Source of the DNA: Desulfobacterales bacterium | Lineage (GTDB): Bacteria > Desulfobacterota > Desulfobacteria > Desulfobacterales > SG8-13 | Reading direction: 5' to 3' | DNA: 64,000 nucleotides | Assembly: GCA_051155755.1 (NCBI GenBank) | Contig: DAXETY010000010.1 | Coordinates: 9,530-73,529 of the forward strand | Part shown: positions 58,564 through 64,000 of the stretch, piece after piece | Numbering within the stretch: the stretch's first letter is position 1 | How the letters are laid out: the number at the start of each line of letters is the position of its first letter | The notes under the pieces: model-generated | Database searches by the model: none | Seen by the model: the letters and a program-made list of their open reading frames with translations, nothing else | What the model was told of the DNA's origin: nothing | Program-made: the position numbers and the translations under genes

Positions 58564-59058
58564 TCAATCGAGTTGAATGCGGTTGCGCAGCCGTTCGGCC
58601 TCGGCGCCCTCCCGGTAGGAAACCACCGGCACCGGCGCACGTCGAAACACCTTGTCCGCCACCGAGCCCACAAATACATATTCCAGGTTGGAGCGTCCTT
58701 TGATCCCGACCACGATCAGGTCGACATCTTTCTCCACGGCAATTTTGAGCAATTCGTCGGCGGGGTCGCCCATTCGAATCAGAATTTCGATCCGGTTCGT
58801 CGGAAATGGGTGCGCCTGCACGATGTCATCGAGATTTTTGCGGCGTTCCTTTCGAATGGCGTCAACGTACTGTTCGCCGTTTACCTGGTAGCCCATGGCC
58901 GAGATCGTCTGCACGGCGTCCACGTCGCGCCGGTTCACGACACTGGCAACCAGCAGGTCGGCGACCAGCGCCTTAGCCAGGATGGCCGCATAGCGGTAAA
59001 TTCCGGCTGCGTGTTCCGAAAACGCCAACGCCGCCATGATCTTTTTGATTTCGGTCAT
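58564..59058 (-). CDS. Universal stress protein (UspA family)
   Basis: G.PADEL...A....DLIVVG..G.......GSVA..V.R..PVPV. Confidence 0.92.
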   Translation of the reverse strand: MTEIKKIMAALAFSEHAAGIYRYAAILAKALVADLLVASVVNRRDVDAVQTISAMGYQVNGEQYVDAIRKERRKNLDDIVQAHPFPTNRIEILIRMGDPADELLKIAVEKDVDLIVVGIKGRSNLEYVFVGSVADKVFRRAPVPVVSYREGAEAERLRNRIQLD

Positions 59059-59132
59059 CGCTGGATTTCCTTCACCCCCTTCGGGTACCGGTGGGTCCGC
59101 GGCGGGGGTCTAACGGTTAAAATTGCACCCGG

Positions 59133-61211
59133 TCAGCTCGTCGCCTCGACCGGCTCTGCTTCCACGGGAATTCGCGGCCGCTGCATCAAGTACAACATGC
59201 CATAGATGGCCAGTCCGATCATATAGGTCCAGTAACGCTGCTCGTGGGGAATCCCCACCCAGGAGGCGATCAGATCCGGGCGCATCAGCACCAGAGTCAC
59301 GCAGAGAAACAACGGGATCTCCCAGATCTTGTTGGCGGCCACAAACCAACCCTGGGTCGCGGAAGCAAAAGCGAAATTGCCGACGCAGGCCATCGCGAAT
59401 ATCAGCAGTCCCTGGGGCCAGCTGTAAATATCGTGCAGGATCAGGTCGGTGTTGAAAATGAACATGAACGGCAGAATAGCCGTGCGGATATCGTACATGA
59501 AACCCTGTATTCCCGTGGGAATGGGCGGCGATTTGGCGATCGCCGCCGCCGCATAGGCCGCCAGCCCCACCGGTGGCGTATCGTCGGCCAGGATTCCGAA
59601 GTAAAAGCAGAACAGGTGGGCCGCCATCAACGGTACGATGAAACCCTGCAGGCCGCCGATGGTGACAATGGCCGGGGCGGTCAGCGAGGCCATGACGATG
59701 TAGGTGGCCGTAGTGGGCAGCCCCATGCCGATGATCAGGCTGGCCACCGCCGTGATGACCAGCATCAGGAATATGTTGCCGCCGGAAAGGGTATCGATGA
59801 TCTGGGTGATCAGCTGTCCCAGGCCCAGGGCCACCACGCCCACGATGATGCCCGCCGCCGCCGTGGCCAGCGCCACCGAAACCATGTTGCGGGCCCCGGA
59901 GGCCAGGGCCGCAAAAATGTCGACCACGCTCCTTTTAAAGGCCGGCAGCAGGGGCTCTTTTTTCAGGTACGCTTTGACCGGATTTTGAAACAACATGACG
60001 ATGGCCATCACCCAGATCGCATTGAATGCCGCCAGTTCCGGCGTATGCCGCACGACGATCAGTTCGTACAGCAGAATGAAAAGGGGCAGCAGGAAGTGGC
60101 AGCCGCTGAGCAGGGTCTTAAAAAACGGCGGAAGTTCACTGCGGGGCATGCCGCGCAGACCCAGTTTCGAGGCTTCCAGGTGGGTGATGCAAAACAGGGC
60201 GGCATAGGAGGCAAACGCCGGTACGGCCGCGGCTTTGATCACCTCCACATACGGCACGTTGACGTATTCGGCGATGATAAAGGCCGCCGCCCCCATGATT
60301 GGCGGCGCCAGCTGACCGTCGGTGCTGGCGGCCACCTCCACCGCCGCGGCTTTTTTGGGCGGATAGCCGACCTTCTTCATCAAGGGGATGGTAAACGTCC
60401 CCGTGGTAACGATGTTGGCGATGCTGGAGCCGGAGACCAGGCCGGTCAATCCACTGCCCATGACGGCCGCTTTGGCCGGCCCGCCCTTGAAACTGCCCAG
60501 CATACTCAGCGCCAGATGAATGAAGTACTGCCCGGCCCCAGCCTTGTCGAGCATGGCCCCGAAAAGCACGAACAGAAACACGATGGTGGCTGAAACATCC
60601 AGGGGAATGCCGTAAATGCCTTCGGTGGACATGGTCATCTGCCCCATGAACCGGTTCAGCGAGGTCCCGCGAAAGGCGATCAGCGAGGGCATGTGGGGAC
60701 CGAGAAACGCATATACGATGAAAAAAATCGCGATAATCGGCAGCGCCGGGCCGATCACCCGTCGCGAGGCTTCCAGCAGTACGACGACCAGGATGGCACC
60801 GAACACGAGGTCCATGGTGATCGGCATGCCGTAGCGCATGGCGATCGCTTCGTAATAGATGGCGATGTAAAGGGCCGCATAGGCTGCCAGCGCCGCAATG
60901 ACGTAGTCCAGAATCGGAATCCGATCCTTGACGGAAAAATACTCGATTCCGAAAATCGGCCGTTTGAACATCGGGAAATTCAGATAGACCAGTGCCAGAG
61001 CGAAAGCCAGGTGAATGGCCCGGATAAAGGTGGAATCGAGGATCAGCCAACTGGCAACGGAAAGCTGAAACAAACTCCAGGCGACGGCAATGATGGGGAT
61101 CACATAACGACCGAGCCCTTTGGGACGCCGGCCCATGCCTTCTTCCTCTTCCGCCATCCTTCGGGCAATCTCCAACCCCTCGTCGATTTGCTTGGCCTCG
61201 GTATCACTCAT
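59133..61211 (-). CDS. TRAP transporter 4TM/12TM fusion permease (TAXI type)
   Basis: GGPAKAAV, GS..AN...TG.FTIP.MK, PPIMGAAAF, GMGLPT..Y, TPPV. Confidence 0.95.
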   Translation of the reverse strand: MSDTEAKQIDEGLEIARRMAEEEEGMGRRPKGLGRYVIPIIAVAWSLFQLSVASWLILDSTFIRAIHLAFALALVYLNFPMFKRPIFGIEYFSVKDRIPILDYVIAALAAYAALYIAIYYEAIAMRYGMPITMDLVFGAILVVVLLEASRRVIGPALPIIAIFFIVYAFLGPHMPSLIAFRGTSLNRFMGQMTMSTEGIYGIPLDVSATIVFLFVLFGAMLDKAGAGQYFIHLALSMLGSFKGGPAKAAVMGSGLTGLVSGSSIANIVTTGTFTIPLMKKVGYPPKKAAAVEVAASTDGQLAPPIMGAAAFIIAEYVNVPYVEVIKAAAVPAFASYAALFCITHLEASKLGLRGMPRSELPPFFKTLLSGCHFLLPLFILLYELIVVRHTPELAAFNAIWVMAIVMLFQNPVKAYLKKEPLLPAFKRSVVDIFAALASGARNMVSVALATAAAGIIVGVVALGLGQLITQIIDTLSGGNIFLMLVITAVASLIIGMGLPTTATYIVMASLTAPAIVTIGGLQGFIVPLMAAHLFCFYFGILADDTPPVGLAAYAAAAIAKSPPIPTGIQGFMYDIRTAILPFMFIFNTDLILHDIYSWPQGLLIFAMACVGNFAFASATQGWFVAANKIWEIPLFLCVTLVLMRPDLIASWVGIPHEQRYWTYMIGLAIYGMLYLMQRPRIPVEAEPVEATS

Positions 61212-61289
61212 GGCTGTCCCCTATCTCAACTCTGCAGGCAGATGCGATGGTCATCGCAAGCCGGCCACCGTAAGGCATCCTTATGAGGT

Positions 61290-61334
61290 AAAAAAAAGGC
61301 GGACTCAAGAAAGGATTTCCCTTAAGAGTCCGCC
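61290..61334 (-). terminator. Intercistronic terminator between TAXI receptor and permease
   Basis: Minus strand GGCGGACTCT...GAGTCCGCC followed by T8. Confidence 0.75.
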
Positions 61335-61371
61335 GCTGTTAAATGCACAGTATCAATCCTGTGGGTGGCAA

Positions 61372-62397
61372 CTACATCATGCCGACTTCCTGGAAGTACT
61401 TCATCGCACCCGGGTGGAACGGCGCGGACAGACCCTGAAGCATCCCTTCTTTGGTGAGCACCTTGTAGGCGGGATGCAGGGATTTAAAGGTCTCGAAGTT
61501 TTCGAAAACCTCTCTGGTAATGGCGTACACGACGTTGTCGGGCACCTTGGCCGAAGTTACGAAAGTCGCCTTCACGCCGAAGGTGGGCACATCTTCTTCG
61601 TTGACCGCACCGGGGTAAAATTCGATGGGAATCACCGCCGGGGCGTAGTACGGGTGTTGCTCCAACAGGGTGTCGATGTTTTTGATGGAGGCAAACCGGA
61701 CCTCGCGCGCGCCGGCAGTGGCTTCCTTGATGGCGCCGCTGGGATGGCCGACGGTGTAGAAGAAAGCGTCAATGCGGCCGTCCTGAAGCAGGCCGGGCGC
61801 CTCGGCGGCTTTGATCCCTTCGGCGATCAGGTCGGTTTCATAGTTAAGGCCGTTGGCCTCCAGTGCATCGATCGAATTCTGGCGCTGGCCGGAACCGGGG
61901 TTGCCGATGTTTACCCGCTTGCCCCTCAAATCCGTGATGTCGTAGATTTCAGCATCCACGGCCGCCACCAGGGTGATCGATTCGGGATGGATGCTGAAGA
62001 CAGCCCGCAAATCTTCCTGGGGGCCGGCCGCTTCCCACTCGGCCAAACCATTGATGGCCTGGTATTGACGGTCGGACTGCACGACGCCGAACTGCAGGTC
62101 GCCGGCCATAATGGCGTTTACGTTGAACACCGAGCCGCCGGTGGATTCCACCGTGGCGCGGATCCCGTACTCGTCTTTCCGGGCGTTGACGATTTTGGCG
62201 ATGGCGCCGCCGGTCGGATAGTAAACCCCGGTGATGCCGCCCGTGCCGATGGTCACGAACGTCGTCTCGGGCCTGGCGGGTGCCGTCTCTTCAGCCGCCT
62301 GTTCCTGTTGCTGCTGTGGCTGCTGCTCTTGGCCGCATCCAAGCACCAGGCCAAACCCCACAAGCAGCAACAGTGTGAGCGTCAATACTTGCTTCAT
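61372..62397 (-). CDS. TAXI family TRAP solute-binding lipoprotein
   Basis: Lipobox LGC; IGTGG.TGVYY..GG, TGGSV.N, G.PGSG, HPGA.KY. Confidence 0.95.
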   Translation of the reverse strand: MKQVLTLTLLLLVGFGLVLGCGQEQQPQQQQEQAAEETAPARPETTFVTIGTGGITGVYYPTGGAIAKIVNARKDEYGIRATVESTGGSVFNVNAIMAGDLQFGVVQSDRQYQAINGLAEWEAAGPQEDLRAVFSIHPESITLVAAVDAEIYDITDLRGKRVNIGNPGSGQRQNSIDALEANGLNYETDLIAEGIKAAEAPGLLQDGRIDAFFYTVGHPSGAIKEATAGAREVRFASIKNIDTLLEQHPYYAPAVIPIEFYPGAVNEEDVPTFGVKATFVTSAKVPDNVVYAITREVFENFETFKSLHPAYKVLTKEGMLQGLSAPFHPGAMKYFQEVGMM

Positions 62398-62676
62398 CGA
62401 GACCTCCTTTTTGGTTTAGATGAGAAATTCTCAAAGAAACCCGTCTTTGTGAGCCCTGAGTACGTCCCCCCTCTAGGCAATTAATTAGAATGTGATTTTC
62501 GATGGATGAAAAGTCAAGTCGATTAACGTCAAATTCGTATCAGAATTCAAAAAGCAATGCAACAAATTTGTCCGATTTTACTTTCCGAGAGAAAAATGTA
62601 GAAAATAACGGGCAGCAATCCCGGCAGTATCTTAGACAAGCAAATTGCAATCGTAAAGCGGAATCCGAACATTTCT

Positions 62677-63531
62677 TCACTCCGCCTTTAAGTGATATTT
62701 CTTCGCGAGCCGCGCATAACGGCCGGCCTCTTCCAGACGCCCGCGTTTCAGGCATCCATTGCCGTAAACGACACATTTACGGCGCAGTGCCATTACGGCC
62801 GCATTGTACTGGGCAACCCGCAATGACTCGTTTTCAAGGATTTTCACCAGAGATCGGATACGATATTTGTCCAGGCAGGGCTGCCGCGAGAGTTGATCGG
62901 GGTGCCCGCCGCGCTTGACGACCCCGGGACGGTCGAGGCGAGCAACCGGCCACCGGCAGGCCACGCGCAGCCAGAGATCGTAATCCTCGCAGGCCGGCAG
63001 TTGCTCGTCAAAGAAGCCGACTTCGTCCAACAGGGACCGGCGCAGCATAACCGCCGAGGGGCTGACCAGGCAGCGCTCCAGGGAAGGCTCGAAAATGTCC
63101 CCGCTGGGCTTGCGATGACGCCGGGCGGGATTGACCCGCACGCCGTTGCGAATCCAGATCTCCTCGCTCTGGCAGATCATTCGCCGGGGATGATCTTCCA
63201 GGTAGGCCACCTGCTCGGCCAATTTGCCGGGCAACCAGAGATCGTCCGAATCCAGGAATGCGATCAGCCTCCCCGCGGCGGCCCGAATTCCGGTATTGCG
63301 GGCGGCGCTCACCCCGCGATTGCTCGAATGGATGACTGTCAGCCGATCGCCGTACCCGTCCAGAATTGCGGCGGTCTCGTCGGTCGATCCGTCGTCCACC
63401 ACGATCAGTTCAAATCCTTCAAAATCCTGGGCCAGCACCGATTCCACCGCCTCCTGCAGAATCCAGGCCCGGTTGTAGGTCGGAATGATAACGCTGACCC
63501 GCGGTATCGAATGGTGGAAATCTTCGGCCAT
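62677..63531 (-). CDS. Glycosyltransferase family 2
   Basis: VSVIIPTYNR, VDDGSTD, GVSAARN.G, FLDSDD, EDYDLWLR. Confidence 0.93.
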   Translation of the reverse strand: MAEDFHHSIPRVSVIIPTYNRAWILQEAVESVLAQDFEGFELIVVDDGSTDETAAILDGYGDRLTVIHSSNRGVSAARNTGIRAAAGRLIAFLDSDDLWLPGKLAEQVAYLEDHPRRMICQSEEIWIRNGVRVNPARRHRKPSGDIFEPSLERCLVSPSAVMLRRSLLDEVGFFDEQLPACEDYDLWLRVACRWPVARLDRPGVVKRGGHPDQLSRQPCLDKYRIRSLVKILENESLRVAQYNAAVMALRRKCVVYGNGCLKRGRLEEAGRYARLAKKYHLKAE

Positions 63532-63625
63532 TGTTGTTCTTCGGTTTAAAGCGATCATCGATTTTTCGGATGCGGCCACAACGGCTCCGGCTGTTTGCAT
63601 GCGCACGCAGGTGAAATCGATGCCG

Positions 63626-64000
63626 TCAAACCATTCGTTCGATTTCGTCCAACTTCCGGCGCAGTCGCTTGGCCGAAACCGGTGCGGCCGTGCCAAGCTC
63701 CTGGGCGAACACCGACACCTTGTATTCTTCCAACAGCCAGAAAAATGCTTCCAGTGCCTGTTTTTTCTCCGCACTGGATGAAGGGTTCAGGTCCGAGACC
63801 AGGCGCTGGAGTGCTTCGTTGAAGGGCGTTGTTTCCGCGGCCTTGAGCCGGTCTTTTTCGATGTTGACCGCCGCCCGCTCCGCCCGCATGGCGTTGGCGC
63901 GAATAAACCGCGGCAGCTGGCCCAGGCGTTCTTCTTCGTAGATTTCCAGGAAATTGTCGGGAACCAGTCGATCCAGTTCAAGCGTCAGGTGTCGGCACAG
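63626..64000 (-). CDS. hrpA: ATP-dependent RNA helicase HrpA, C-terminal part (truncated by window edge)
   Basis: LPRFIRA...RAER, W.LEEYKVS.FAQELGT..PVS.KR (DUF3418 end). Confidence 0.88.
   Translation of the reverse strand: MCRHLTLELDRLVPDNFLEIYEEERLGQLPRFIRANAMRAERAAVNIEKDRLKAAETTPFNEALQRLVSDLNPSSSAEKKQALEAFFWLLEEYKVSVFAQELGTAAPVSAKRLRRKLDEIERMV

Overview
GC-rich chromosomal window that looks like a sulfate-reducing Desulfobacterota, probably Desulfobacterales (inferred from the tetraheme cytochrome c3, bacterial cereblon, gsp gene order and repeat families). Most of it is core or housekeeping: a PerR/Fur regulator, tRNA-Glu(CTC), mltB, radA, rlmE, a YebC protein, nadA, lolA, thiM-thiL-thiD, a MoxR-DUF58-transglutaminase triad, a type II secretion operon (gspF-G-H-I-J-K-L-M-D-E, with no gspN or gspC), a TAXI-TRAP transporter and the 3' end of hrpA. 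No CRISPR array, prophage or intact transposase was seen. The most interesting observations: (1) an iscU-iscS pair whose IscS lacks the PLP lysine and the substrate arginine but keeps the catalytic-loop Cys, and whose IscU has an extra Cys4 tail, suggesting desulfurase-independent Fe-S assembly; (2) just upstream, an uncharacterised Tat-linked redox cluster (DUF6599, DUF362, membrane polyferredoxin, Tat/Fe-S aldo-keto reductase) divergent from a cytochrome c3; (3) three families of small dispersed non-coding elements, including a ~115-nt IS200/IS605-end-like repeat in 4-5 copies and a stop-codon-targeting MITE with 5-bp direct repeats; (4) an orphan Fur/PerR-box promoter facing a geneless structured region; (5) a solo HsdR_N nuclease with a SeqA-like C-terminus; (6) a degenerate ABC transporter. 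All calls come from motif recognition by eye; no database searches were run.
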